64,000 nt of DNA from an uncultured Verrucomicrobiae bacterium (GCA_963782115.1 CAWAIK010000002.1:32490-96489); one strand, 5' to 3'; counted from the first letter of the stretch, positions 33,168 to 44,807 are shown. A program made the numbers and translations. Notes: generated by a model from the sequence alone, not told the origin.

Positions 33168-35314
33168 TCATTCTTTCGCCACCAAGCCGAAATCGATCCG
33201 CTGCCTAAAGGAATCGACGCCGAGCAACCCGCACGACCACGCGGTCGCCTACCACAAAACTCATCTTGCTCCGGCGCCCCGTGATCCGTTGACGTGCCGG
33301 ATCAAAAACAAAAAAGTCGTGATTAAGCGAAGAAATACGAATCATTCCGACCACGAGTGCCTCTTTAAGTTCTACCAGCAGCCCGTAATTTCGCACGTCA
33401 AGGATCGTCCCCTCCAGCCGATGCGGCTTCCGAGCGAGTCCGGCAAAGTATTCCATTTTTTTCAGGCGAACAGCTTCCCGCTCCGCCTCCGCCGCAGTGC
33501 GTTCCGTCGCTGAGATGTGTTCACACGTCGAGGCAAGGTCGATGGATCGAGGAGGTTTCCCGCTGCCGGTGCGGCAACATCGCCGCGAATGAACGATGCA
33601 CCAGCAAATCCGCATACCGGCGAATCGGGCTCGTGAAATGGGTGTAGTCGGTTTTGGCGAGGCCGTAATGGCCGAGCGCATCAGGCGAATAAGCCGCTTT
33701 GCGCAGACTTCGCAACAGGCCGATTTTCAATGCGCCTTCCTCAGGTCTTCCCACCATCATTTTCAAAAGGCGTTGCATTTCCCGGCGTTGTGAAAGATCG
33801 CCTACCTCGATTCCATACGACCGGATCTGGTCCCGATAGTCAGCGAGCCTTTGTGCATCCGGTTCCTCATGAATCCGGTAGACGGATGGAATCAATCGTT
33901 CTCTGGTTTGCCGGGCGACCAATTCGTTCGCCAGGAGCATGAACTCCTCGATCAGCTGATGGGAAATATCGTTTTCTTCGCGCACAAGCGCGACCGGCCT
34001 TTCCTTCGTCATCCAAAACCACGCGCACTTCAGGCATATCCAGTTCCAGGGCACCCTGCTTGAAACGCCGTTCTCTCAGAATCGCGGCGAGCCGCCAGGC
34101 GCGATGGAGATTGCCCTTCAATGGCAGTCGCCGGTTCTCGCTGCAAAATGGCAAATGCTTCGCGATAGGTTAGTCGGGCGACACTCCGAATGACCGTGGC
34201 GGCAAATCGATACGATTTGATCCGGCCGACTCGATCAAATTCCACAAAAACCGACTTCGTCAGATGATCCTCGTTCGGTCTCAGGCTGCAAACCATGTTC
34301 GACAATCGCTCCGGCAACATCGGCAGCACCCGGTCAGGAAGATAAACGCTATTGCCCCGACGCATCGCTTCGCGATCGAGTGCAGCGCCCGGCTTCACGT
34401 AATGCGAGACATCGGCGATATGAATCCCGACGCTCCATCCGCCATCCGCATCGGTCACATGCACGGCATCATCAAAGTCCCGTGCATTGTCCGGATCGAT
34501 CGTGAATACCGGTGCAGATCGCAAGTCCTCTCGTCCGTGCAGCTCCTTCTCTGGAATATCGAGCGGAATCTGGTCCGCTTCTTTCAGGACCGCATCCGGG
34601 AAAGCGACCGGAAGATCATGCTTCCGAATGATCGATAGGATATCGACACCCGGCTTCTTCGCCGGGCCAAGGACCTCGACGATGCCGCCTTCAGGATTGA
34701 GGTGTCGATGTTCCCACGGGTCCAGCCGGACGACCACCTTGTCATTCACCTCCGGCATGCGCGCAGCGATCGGGCTGCGCGGTCACATAAATATCGTGTA
34801 CCAGGGCCGGTTCATCTGGCACCACGTAATAGAAATTTTTCGAGCGTTGCAGCGTCCCGACGATGGTCTGGTTCGCTCTCAGCCAGAATCTTGATCACCC
34901 GGCCTTCTCGATTCGCGCGATTCCGACGGCCGCGGTCTGGAAGGATGCGATCTCGAATAATCCTGGCCACCACACGATCCTTGTGCATCGCCGTGCCCTG
35001 GTTCTCTGCCGAGATATAAAGATCTCCGAGGCCGTCGCCGGATTCATTGAGGAGATACCCGAACCCGTCCGGATTGACCTGCAACACGCCAACCATCAAA
35101 TCCGCCTCTTGCGGCAAGACGTAGCGGTCTTTCCGGATCCTGGTGATCTTGCCAGCGGTCTCCAGATCATTCAGCAGCCGCCGGAACCTCGATCGCTCAT
35201 CGAGCGGTATCTGCAGGCGCTTGGCGAGCTCAGACTTGTTGAGAGGTTGATACCGCGGCGATCCGAGAAGTTCGAGCAACCGTTGTTCGGCTGATTTTTT
35301 TTTGGGGCACCCAT
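33168..35314 (-). CDS. rnr: ribonuclease R (indel-split)
   Basis: N-terminal HTH, GFGY cold-shock domain, [36 protein letters not shown]-terminal S1 domain. Confidence 0.93.
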
Positions 35315-35461
35315 GCGTCCTAAGGATTACGACAGTAAGGGTGTTCCGGCAGTAAGTCCATTGTTCTGAGTTGCAGAGCCAACCAGATGCGCTACTATCG
35401 TTGCCGAGCCATCTCGCCGGTCCGCCGATCGAGCCATGCGGCCTTCCGGAGATTATCCACC

Positions 35462-35532
35462 GCGGGTGTAGTTCAATGGTAGAACGTGAGCTTCCCAAGC
35501 TCAACACGAGGGTTCGATTCCCTTCACCCGCT
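35462..35532 (+). tRNA. tRNA-Gly(CCC)
   Basis: GCGGGTG...CACCCGC acceptor stem; TGAGC-TTCCCAA-GCTCA anticodon arm; GGTTCGATTCC; no encoded CCA. Confidence 0.95.
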
Positions 35533-35661
35533 ACTTCTTAAATTTGAAGCACTTACGCCAAACAAGCGTCCCATCCAATAACGAAACTAATAACAGGTCC
35601 CTGCAACTCCGGGGCTTTCCCTCGTCGTCTTTATCCCCGAACCAAAGAGGTGAATGTCAAT

Positions 35662-35691
35662 GCGAGTTCGATCCTCGCTGCCCGCTCTCCA
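35662..35691 (+). other. orphan tRNA-Gly-like 3' half (probable att-site scar)
   Basis: GCGAG-TTCGATC-CTCGC T-arm followed by TGCCCGCTCTCCA; no 5' half upstream. Confidence 0.7.
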
Positions 35692-35900
35692 GCCGCTTAA
35701 ATAAAGGATCCGCTGAGCGTGAAGCCTTAATAAAGTGCCAAAGTCACACATGGAATCACACACATGAGACTCTAGTTCGCAATTGTTTACTGCAGTTTCG
35801 AGTCCATTCTAACCGCGGTAGCTGTGCTGGCGTCAAACCGGGCTTGTTTGCGAATCAATTTGGCGCGAAGGTCGTCTGCGAGCGGAGCACGTAACCTTGC

Positions 35901-36128
35901 ATGGACAAGTTCACAATCGTTTTCGAGAAATGCGAAGAAGGCGGGTATCATGCCTACATGCGCGAAAATCCGGGTGTCCAAACCGAGGGCGAGACAATTC
36001 AAGAGACGATGGAAAACTTCATTGACGCCTTTGAGTTGTTTTTCCGCGACGAATTGGAGGGCGAAATCGCTAAACAAAGTCTGGATGCGGACCGGTTTGA
36101 AATCGAGTTTGCGCTTGCCCAGAGGTGA
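35901..36128 (+). CDS. hicB: HicB-like antitoxin (short form)
   Basis: FTIVFEKCEEGGYHAY...PGVQTEGETIQETMEN. Confidence 0.85.
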   Translation: MDKFTIVFEKCEEGGYHAYMRENPGVQTEGETIQETMENFIDAFELFFRDELEGEIAKQSLDADRFEIEFALAQR

Positions 36129-36323
36129 AACGTCAAAAACTGGAGCAACTCATGCGCGAGCACGGCGCAGAGATTAAACCGGAAGGCGCTAAGCACACAA
36201 TCTGGTTCATCCCGGCGACCGGTCAGAAAAGTACTGTCCCGCGGCACAACGAAATCAAGAAAAATACGGCGCGAGCAATTTGCAAACAGCTCGGGCATCG
36301 ATCCCGAGAAAGTGACTGGTTGA
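36125..36323 (+). CDS. hicA: HicA mRNase toxin (extra base near C-terminus)
   Basis: MKRQKL...EGAKH...TVPRHNEI...AICKQLG; GTGA overlap with hicB. Confidence 0.88.
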
Positions 36324-36649
36324 GTTCCTGGCATTCGCAGAACGCTCTCCTCTGCAGTTCCGATCACGTAGTCATAGCCCGCCCTAGCTCCGCCTTCGGC
36401 GGCAACCTGGGCTGAAGCCCGTAAAGCTGTGGTAGACGCCAGTGCCAAAGCCAAGTTCCAGTATCGGGCCGTCGCCGGCCCTCGCCCCTTCCAAATAAAA
36501 TAAAAGGACGTATCATTCTGCGGTGTGTCCCATCCCCTGGCGGTCTGGTCATCGTATATTTGCACGTGCAGCCCGTGCCATGAATAAAAGTCGGGGACTT
36601 CTGTATTCATTCGGATTCAGTAGATTGAAATGTCGGAGGCGCGATTCAG

Positions 36650-37113
36650 ATGATTGTGCCAAAACGAACCACCCGCAAAGCAAACCGAGAAGATATCAGC
36701 GCAATATTTGCGTTCGCTGGCGAGTCAATGAAACAGTGCGCACCGAGTTCATCCGGCGCGCAGTGGATAGCGGCGACCCACAACTCCTCGAAGAGGAAGG
36801 GAAAGTCATCGCGGTCGGTGTTCTGGAATACACGTTCTTCGAGCACGGTTTTATCTCATTGGCTTTTGTAGATCCAGAACAGCGCCGTACAGGAGTCGGA
36901 GAGATGCTTTTACGATATCTGATCTCGATCTGCCGTACTCCAAAAGTATTTTCCTCTACCAATCGCAGCAACGTCCCGAGGCAGGCGCTGTTTGGAAAGG
37001 TCGGCTTCGAAAGGAGCGGCATAATCCACAACCTCGACCCAGTCGATCCAGAACTCATCTATTGTGGGACATTCAAAAACTCCCGGGCATCGAATTCTAG
37101 AGTCAGGCTATAA
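36650..37113 (+). CDS. GNAT acetyltransferase (frameshifted near 36720)
   Basis: FISLAFVDPEQRRTGVG, STNRSN, GFERSG. Confidence 0.7.
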
Positions 37114-37256
37114 TCTGTAAATCCCACTGCTCTCCAGAAGGCGGTGCCTAGGTGGTTCTGGCACAGTACGTTCACGGTAATGCGCTTATCCTTGGGCCAG
37201 ACTTGCGAAAACAAGATCTTGAGGCATTGCCGAGGTCGACTCCGCACCGCGCCCAA
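37059..37256 (-). pseudogene. GNAT acetyltransferase C-terminal fragment
   Basis: RITVNVLCQNHLGTAFWRAVGFTDYSLTLE; no N-terminus. Confidence 0.55.
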
Positions 37257-38542
37257 ATCGATGCATTGGCCGTCTCAGAACGCATGTTGATCGTCTGGCA
37301 CCGCCCATGCCGTCAAGCGTTACTATTGCATCATTTGTCCGGTCGCTAAACATTGATGCCACGAGACCGTTCGGCTTCAGGCGACGCTCTCTGCCCGCAT
37401 TGGCCAGAGTATTGCAAGCCTATGTCAGCCGTTCGCATTCGCGATCGGACCGGACTAGCTGAAGTTAAGGCCGGAGCCAGGGTTGAGCCCGAAATTTCCG
37501 CTTTTTTTGTCGTTGTTGGGTTTCCCTCTCATTTGACGCATTCGCTGTGTGCCCATTTGCGTGGTCTGTAGGAGATTGCAGAGCGCCGCTGAGCTTGGGC
37601 CGTATTACGCGAGATTCTGAAGTCGGCTATTTAGCAATTCGCGGTGAAATTGCTCCACTATGAATCGTTGTGTAAGTGTGAGCAGTTAGTGCCTATCCCA
37701 GAACGTAGGAAGTGAATTCCATCTGGAAGAACGAGCGGATGAGATCACTCTGCTTTTGGATCGAGCGTAAGATGGCAAGCATGCTGCTTTTCAGAGTTGC
37801 TTTGCTGTCGATGAATAACTTTGCCAGTCTCCCTTTAGCATGATTCCAGACCTGTTCATCTGGATTGAATTCCGGGGCATAGCGCGGAAGATAAGCCAGC
37901 GTGACTGCTCCCTGGCTCTTTTCGGCAAAAGCCTGGACCGTCCCAGAGGTGTGATAGGCAGCGTTATCGGCAATGACGATGATGGGACAACCGGCATCGG
38001 CCAGCAACTTCTTCACGAAGGCAATGAACTTGCCAGAGTTCATCTTGTCTTGGATAACGCTAAAGCGCATGTCTCCACGGGGACTCACTGCGGAGATCAG
38101 TTTCAGGGTGAAACGATCTCCGCTGTCTTCGACCACCGGCGTCTGTCCGATAGGTGCCCAGGTCCTCCCACGATGGTGATCACTGCGCACCGCCGATTCA
38201 TCGACGAAGTAAATCTCCGCTCCCGTGCGCTGCGCCAGAGTCCGCAACTCTGGAAAGGCCTTATTGAGGTAACGCTCCAATTCCTGCGGATCCTGCTTAT
38301 AGGAACGATAGATTGGCCGCTGCGGGGTCAAGCCCATGTACTGCAGAAGGCGACAGACCGCACTTTTACTCAATTCCACTCCCTTCTCTTTCTTCAACAC
38401 TGTTCGAACGATGTTGAGCGTCCACAGACAGAAAACCAACTGAAACTGCCTTGGATCTCCCAATGTGATAGCCTCATAGAGCCACTGCATTGTTTCGGCA
38501 CTAACCTTTCTAGGTCGCCCACTGCGTCGACCCTCTTCTAAG

Positions 38543-40486
38543 CTGAACTTCGATCAGGTGATCGTCCGTTAGATGGCTTCAATACTCGATTCAGGCGATT
38601 TTTGGCTCAATAATGTAGCCATGTAAATATGTTTTATTTTCTTGCTCTGTGCCTGTATATTTGGCATATTTGTAACCATGTATATCGAGACGGTCGCCAA
38701 CCGTAATTCTCCTCCGTGCATTCTCCTGCGCCAGTCCTTCCGCCAGGAAGGCAAGGTCAAGCACCGCACACTGGCCAATCTCACCGATTGGCCCAGACGC
38801 ATTGTTGCGGGCTTGGGTCTGCTTCTCAAAGGTCATCAGCCTTCGGCCAGCGTCAGCTCGGAGAGTTTTCGCATCACCCGTTCCCTACCTCATGGCCATG
38901 TCGAGGCTGTGCTGCGGGTGGTGCGCACCCTTGGGCTGGATCGACTCTTGGGTTCAAAGCTCTCCAGAGAACGTAATCTTGGACTGGCGATGATTGTGGC
39001 TCGGATTTTGGATCCCGGCTCAAAGCTTGCGACAGCGCGTTCGCTGGATTGCCAGACGCTCTCGAGCACCCTGGCTCAGGAGTGTCATCTGGAGGGCTCG
39101 ATCCACGAAAATGAACTTTACGCCGCGATGGACTGGTTAGTGAGTCGTCAGGCTCGGATCGAAAAAGCCTTAGCCACTCGGCATCTGGAGGAAGGCTGCC
39201 TTGTGCTCTACGACCTAACCTCGAGTTACCTGGAAGGCAAATGTTGCCAATTGGCGAGCCTTGGGTTTAATCGCGATGGCAAAGTGGGCAAGCTCCAGAT
39301 TGAATACGGACTGCTCTGTAACAAAGAGGGTTGTCCGGTGGCAGTCGAAGTTTTTGAAGGCAACACGGCTGATCCCATGACGCTGGGCAGCCAGTTAAAG
39401 AAGGTGCGCGAGCGCTTCGGGCTCAAGCGCGTGGTGATCGTCGGCGACCGGGGCATGATCACCCAGGCGCGCATCGAGCAAGAGCTGCGCGGGATCGAAG
39501 GGCTTGAGTGGATTGGAGCGCTGCGTTCGAGCCAAATCGCCGGACTACTCGAAGAAGGGGCGATAGCTCCATCGCTTTTTGATGAGAAAAATCTGGCCGA
39601 AATCAGCAGTCCGGATTTTCCAAACGAGCGTCTCATTGCCTGTCGCAATCCGTTTTTAGCCCAATACCGCAGCTCCAAGCGTGAGGCACTTTTGAGGGCC
39701 ACCGAAGTGGAGCTCCAAAAGATCGCCCAAGCCACCAATCGGGAAAAACGCGCGCTGCGAGGCAAAGCCAAAATTGCACTGCGAGTCGGCCGGCTCATTG
39801 AGCGCTTCAAGATGGCCAAACACTTCGTTCTCCAAATAGAAGAAGACGCCTTTGGCTGGAAACGCAATGAGACAAAAATCGCAGAAGAAGCGCTTTTGGA
39901 CGGGATGTATGTGGTCCGCACCAGCGTGGATCAAAGCGCCATGAGAGCCTCGGAAGCGGTGGAGTGCTACAAAGACTTGGGCGCCGTAGAACAAGCCTTC
40001 CGTTGCCTCAAAACCGTTGATCTCAAGGTGCGCCCCATCCATCATCGTTTGGAGGGCCGCGTGCGCGCACACGTCTTTCTATGCATGCTCGCCTACTACG
40101 TCGAATGGCACATGCGCAAGGCCCTTGCGCCGATGCTCTTCGTTGATGACGCCCCACGCGAGCCGCGTGAAGATGTCGTCAGCCCGAAGAAACCCTCCCC
40201 GAGCGCGGCCCGAAAAGCCCGAACCAAGAAGACACTCGAGGGAGCCCCGGTCCATTCTTTTCAGACTTTACTGGCTGATCTTTCCACGATCGTTCGCAAC
40301 TCCATCACCCCAAATCTTGAAGGCGCTCCGGCTTGGCAACAAGAAACTGAACCCTCAGCTCTTCAGCAAAGGGCCTTTGATTTGCTCAAAAAGATCCCGG
40401 CCCCGTAGCCAGTAACGGGAACTACGTTTTCGCCCTCAATCCTTTATTTATGCGGGCTCCCGATCAATTAGCTGATCGAAGTTCAG
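38543..40486 (+). mobile_element. IS1634-family insertion sequence
   Basis: 15-bp perfect IR CTGAACTTCGATCAG; 6-bp direct repeat TCTAAG at 38537-38542 and 40487-40492. Confidence 0.93.
38678..40408 (+). CDS. IS1634 DDE transposase
   Basis: LYDLTSSY, IVGDRGM, VEQAFRCLK, RPIHH, HVFLCMLAY. Confidence 0.93.
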   Translation: MYIETVANRNSPPCILLRQSFRQEGKVKHRTLANLTDWPRRIVAGLGLLLKGHQPSASVSSESFRITRSLPHGHVEAVLRVVRTLGLDRLLGSKLSRERNLGLAMIVARILDPGSKLATARSLDCQTLSSTLAQECHLEGSIHENELYAAMDWLVSRQARIEKALATRHLEEGCLVLYDLTSSYLEGKCCQLASLGFNRDGKVGKLQIEYGLLCNKEGCPVAVEVFEGNTADPMTLGSQLKKVRERFGLKRVVIVGDRGMITQARIEQELRGIEGLEWIGALRSSQIAGLLEEGAIAPSLFDEKNLAEISSPDFPNERLIACRNPFLAQYRSSKREALLRATEVELQKIAQATNREKRALRGKAKIALRVGRLIERFKMAKHFVLQIEEDAFGWKRNETKIAEEALLDGMYVVRTSVDQSAMRASEAVECYKDLGAVEQAFRCLKTVDLKVRPIHHRLEGRVRAHVFLCMLAYYVEWHMRKALAPMLFVDDAPREPREDVVSPKKPSPSAARKARTKKTLEGAPVHSFQTLLADLSTIVRNSITPNLEGAPAWQQETEPSALQQRAFDLLKKIPAP

Positions 40487-41019
40487 TCTAAGGCGTGCCA
40501 GCCTCCAGCACGGTATCTGGCAAGCCAACCAAAGATAGTTCGCTGTGGCACTGCATATACTCTGGCTACCACACTTACTGGTTCACCTCGCATGACAGCC
40601 TCTACTGCATCCTTACGTTGCTCATACTTAGCTGCTGCCTTTCCTACATCCATGCTCCTGACTAACATAACCTAACGTTATAACGCTAGCACTTTCGCAA
40701 TAATTAATATCATTGAAACGCCGGACAGGGTCTCAACATTCTTGAAATTCCTCAGCACCTATTGCCCGATTGCCCGCCAACCTTGACGCCTCAAGGCTTA
40801 CGTTAGTCTCCCGATTCGCTTCTTAGAAAACGCCTGACAGACGATAGTAAATAATCGAAAATAATTTCTTGACAGCATTCGCTAGGCGTTTCCCAACATT
40901 TCCCCTAATCTGCATGGATCGTATCAGCACATAATAGTGCACGTCGGGTCATTGCTGAGTAGATTCGAGCCGCTTGGTGGTCTATTTAATCTAAATTAGC
41001 GATTCGTATATTAGGGGCC

Positions 41020-41325
41020 ATGGTTAGAACGAATCTTCTAAATGAAGTCAGTACATCGGGACGGCGGCGATGGTTGCGAGTTAACCAACTGCCCTGGTCA
41101 CGTGCGCTGACGTATTCGATGCTGCGCGCTGGGGTCCTACAGAGCATTCTCCTCACTTATCCCGGTTGCGTCAAAGGTCTGCGACTGATTGATGGCGATA
41201 GCTTGGATCGGTATCTCGAAGGTCTGGCGAACAAAGAGTTCACGCCCAGTCCTTGCAAAAGGGGTAAGGGGCTCGGTCGGCCAAAGAAGCCAAGTGGTCC
41301 AGATGGGATATCTGCCGAGGCATGA
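41020..41325 (+). CDS. excisionase/AlpA-like small DNA-binding protein
   Basis: WLRV...SRALTYSML..G.LQS...GLRLIDGDSLDRYL; upstream of relaxase remnant. Confidence 0.6.
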   Translation: MVRTNLLNEVSTSGRRRWLRVNQLPWSRALTYSMLRAGVLQSILLTYPGCVKGLRLIDGDSLDRYLEGLANKEFTPSPCKRGKGLGRPKKPSGPDGISAEA

Positions 41326-41564
41326 TAAGTGTTTGTCAGCGCAACCGCCCGTTCGTCAGCCCCACCCTAAGAATTCTCAGGAAACAATCGTTGAAACGAT
41401 CTGCGGCAATTGTCGTGAATCACCAAAAATCCCGGGCCACAGAGGTCTTGTCAAGTCACGTGAACGCTTTTAACTCGGACTCTATCGCTTTTGATAATAG
41501 TTGGTTAGTAGCATTGGTAATGGGCCAGTCGCGGCCCTGGAGCGACCGGTACCTCTTCTCGGCG

Positions 41565-41654
41565 TTCAACGCCTCTCAACAACTTTCAACACTGTTCAAC
41601 ACCCTTCAACACGATTCAACACTTTAGGAACTAGGAGTGTTGAAACGCGTTGAA
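41565..41654. repeat. iteron-like array: six TCAAC cores at exact 10-bp period plus two inverted copies
   Basis: TTCAACGCCT CTCAACAACT TTCAACACTG TTCAACACCC TTCAACACGA TTCAACACTT ... GTGTTGAA ... GTTGAA. Confidence 0.85.
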
Positions 41655-41788
41655 CAGTTATCTGCAGTTACCTTCCGGACCTCCCTTGAAGGGAGGTCGA
41701 CGCGCAGCGGCGGGAGGGAGCTGCTTGACGTTAAGCGAAGCGTAAGGGTGCAAGCGTTTACCTGCCACAGTTAGTGTGACAAGATAGT

Positions 41789-42070
41789 ATGCTAAATATT
41801 GAGGTGAATCGGAACGCTGAAAGAGTGGAGCGTTATTTCGATCGTGAATTGGCGGTGAGCGACTACTTGATGAAAGAGCCCGGGATATGGGCTGGACACG
41901 GTGCGGAACGGTTAGGACTGCGTGGCCCGGTACAACGTTCGCGGTTCGTAGCATTATTACGAAACGAAAATCCAACGACGGGTAAACGGCTAACGGCCCG
42001 TATGAATACGAGCCGACAGGAAGACGGGGAGACGGTCAGCAACCGGCAGGTTGGCTATGGGCTAGTGTCG
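41789..42070 (+). pseudogene. MobF (TrwC-type) relaxase, N-terminal ~90 aa only
   Basis: MLNI...RYF...DYL...GIWAGHGAERLGLRG...NPTTGKRLT...RQVGY; truncated before the HUH motif. Confidence 0.82.
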
Positions 42071-42162
42071 CTATTTGGCATATTGGTTGTTCCGACTCCT
42101 TAACTGCCTGCCCCAAAATAGCATGTATTTTGTGGCGATCAAAATGGTCGGATTTGGAAATC

Positions 42163-42927
42163 ATGACAGAAAGAATCAGAGAAGGCGCATTGGGCGCGGT
42201 TTGCAGAGGAATGGATTGCCTGGGCCCGTTCGCAGAGTCATGACGCCTTTTGGATGTACCGGTGCGCACTTGCGCGATTTGTAGGTTCAGGAACCGGCAA
42301 TGCTCTTGAAGTTGGCTGCGGTGAAGGTCGTATCAGCCGTGAACTGAAGAGGCTTGGATACCGCGTAACTGCCACCGACGCTGTTGCCGCATTGGTTGAG
42401 GCCTCGCGGCAAGCCAATTCCGCTGACGAATATGCCGTCGCTGACGGCAAGGACCTCCCCTTCGGGGACGGGCAGTTCGATTTGGTGATGGCTTACAATG
42501 TCCTTCAGCGGTCCGATGATCGAGCGGGCCGGGGATCTGAGTCCTGATGGACGTGGAGGATGTACCTGCGACGTTGAAAGAGATCCGACGCGTGACGAAA
42601 CCGGAGGGTGTGGTTTTTATCTCGTTGGTTCATCCCTTTCGAGACAGGGGACGCTCCGCAGGAAGCGAACCGGAGGCCCGATTTGTCCTAAGTGGCAGCT
42701 ATTACGGATGTGTGCGATTTGAAGGAGAAGAGGAACACCGCGGCCTGCGGATGCACTTCGCCGGATGGTCGCAGCCACTGGAAAATTACGTGGCCGCACT
42801 AGAAGGGGCGGGGCTTGCCATCACCTCATTACGTGAGCCAGTTCCGGATTAAACCAACGAGGATCACCTCAAGCAATGGGCGCGAGTTCCACTGTTTCTT
42901 TGGCTCAAGGCGCGCATCCTGAAATAA
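42163..42927 (+). pseudogene. class I SAM-dependent methyltransferase, disrupted
   Basis: ALEVGCGEG, LPFGDGQFDLV, KPEG; 41-bp insertion at 42500-42545 and in-frame TAA at 42850. Confidence 0.8.
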
Positions 42928-43137
42928 TTCGCCCATGGTAGATTGAACTCGCGTTACCCGGACTCTCGGCCAAAACCTACGCTTCGGGATGATATCGAGC
43001 GTCTGATTTTATCTTAGCCAAAACGTCCGGTTGGAGCCATCTCGCAGCTCGACGGAGAACGGCGAAGGATTGGCGGGCGGGGCGAGCAGCCAGCGAACCG
43101 AAAGGCAGGGAACTGCAAGAAGTTATCAAAGAGGTAG

Positions 43138-43655
43138 TCAGAGCCCACGCCTTCCTGGCCAGCTCGTTTTTAGGCGGCAGTATTCCGCGTTGGTAGCTTC
43201 TGCGCGTTTCGCAAGGGAAATCGACTTCTGCTCCCGTGCGATTCTGATGGCTTCATGAAATGAAGCCTCGGTTTGCATCCCGTTGGCACCAAAAGCCGCG
43301 AGAAACATACCGCGGAGCCGGTGCAGTCGCGCACTAAGGACACGCTGTTCAAATCTTTCAGCCAGCGCTTCCGCCTCGTTTATTGTTTCAAGAGCTTCGG
43401 AGGCACGATCAGCTAGATACAACGCTTCAGCCTTTAGTACGAGACTGCTTGCCAGCGACACTACCGAACCGGTTTCTGAAGCTCTCTTATTCCCTGCTCG
43501 ATCCAGGGAATGCCTTCTTCTGGATCACCGGAGGCGCTGCGCACCCAACCGCGGTAAATCGTTCCATGCGCTAGCCAATGCACATCATTGTGCCGGGTGG
43601 AGAATTCGATCAAATCCGACGCCAAACGATCAACTTCGTTGAAGAATACGTTCAT
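43138..43655 (-). pseudogene. C-terminal TPR fragment of an AAA-ATPase / adenylate-cyclase-type STAND protein
   Basis: GTIYRGW...EEGIPWIEQG...AEAL...LHRLRG...EASFHEAIRIAREQKSISL. Confidence 0.65.
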
Positions 43656-43988
43656 TTATTGCGAGAGCCGCCGCCCAAGTTAGCGCAAAGGCTAACCATT
43701 TGCGAGAGTCGGTGCGCGATGACCGCGAGGATGATGCATGCAATCATAATAATCGCCAGGGCGCCCGCATCGAGATTCTGTCCCGTCGCAGCGACCAAGT
43801 CCTGCAAATATTTGATACCAATCCCAATGATCAGCTGCTAAAAGGTCCTCCTGGAAAATTTGGAGAGGATTAGGTACTGAAGCCCACCGAGCTTCGGAAA
43901 ACAGGTGGCTCTCGATAGCAGCCGACGATTAATACCAGGGCAATGAAAGCGGATACACTACGAAGACCAGCGCACCCGCAGGAGGGTT

Positions 43989-44807
43989 ATGACTATGGTG
44001 CTAAACAATCTTGATCCAATTATAATCGCGATGTATCGACATGCGGCACGACTTCAATTACTGGCGCAAACAAACCGGCCAGGGATCTCGGAGATTTTCC
44101 GGGAGGAGAGCGCCGACGTAGCCGTCTCGGCAGTTGCTGAAAGTTATTTTGTCAATGTAGGCGAAAAACAGATAGAAATTCCCGTTCCGGCGGATGCGGT
44201 GATAGCAAAAGGGTTGAACGCTCAGTTCGATTTCATTCTTGATGCGGCCAATTCACCCAACGCACGCCGGCTTATCTACTTTGTTGACCCCGAGTTAGGG
44301 TCAGTACTTCAACGTGGCGGTTCCCCTGGAGCACCCAAACTTCTCTACATAGTGAGTTGCACGCCTGCGCTCGAACGGACCGACTTGAGGTCAAGCGACT
44401 TTGCCGAATTTCGGGACAGCATAGCTCAGAAAATGCTGAACCTTACGAACATGCTGGGTCCAGCGATTTCAACCTATTCTGCCAAAATGAACGAATATTG
44501 GCAGCAAAAGACAGGAAAAGATCCCAAACTCGATGTTTCCAAACCAGAGCCCCTCGGGATATTCAACAAAGACGCTTGGTCGATTACAATGGGCCTGCTG
44601 ACAAAGGCGCAGTTCCAGGATCCCAAGACAAACGCCATGACACAAAAGGTCACTTGCGAAATATCATCGGTGATTTGCGCCAGGAACCGTCTGCTGTCCT
44701 TGTCGTGCCGGTCCATTTTTCAGGGCGCGGAGACAATAGGATCTGCCTTGAATCTCGTACTCGCATGGCGAGACAAAGTCTTGGAGATGAATCCGAATAC
44801 TCCTTAA
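43989..44807 (+). CDS. hypothetical protein
   Basis: 272-aa open frame with GGAGG upstream; no family recognised. Confidence 0.55.
   Translation: MTMVLNNLDPIIIAMYRHAARLQLLAQTNRPGISEIFREESADVAVSAVAESYFVNVGEKQIEIPVPADAVIAKGLNAQFDFILDAANSPNARRLIYFVDPELGSVLQRGGSPGAPKLLYIVSCTPALERTDLRSSDFAEFRDSIAQKMLNLTNMLGPAISTYSAKMNEYWQQKTGKDPKLDVSKPEPLGIFNKDAWSITMGLLTKAQFQDPKTNAMTQKVTCEISSVICARNRLLSLSCRSIFQGAETIGSALNLVLAWRDKVLEMNPNTP

Larger units (their letters stand above)
37693..40668 (-). pseudogene. second IS630-family transposase, split by IS1634 insertion
   Basis: N-part ...YRAGGWHAL (to 40487) rejoins EEGRRSGRP...FVDES...IADNA...NPDE (from 38542). Confidence 0.9.

Noticed and set aside
6232..35314. 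Mass pseudogenisation of dnaX, ppdK, rnr, MFS, doxX and others
   Set aside because: Breaks are single-base indels in otherwise conserved or essential genes, often at homopolymers; sequencing error is more likely
37620..40720. Exact termini of the second IS630
   Set aside because: No convincing inverted repeat pair found by eye
41565..41654. Mini-CRISPR
   Set aside because: The 10-bp period is far too short; fits iterons
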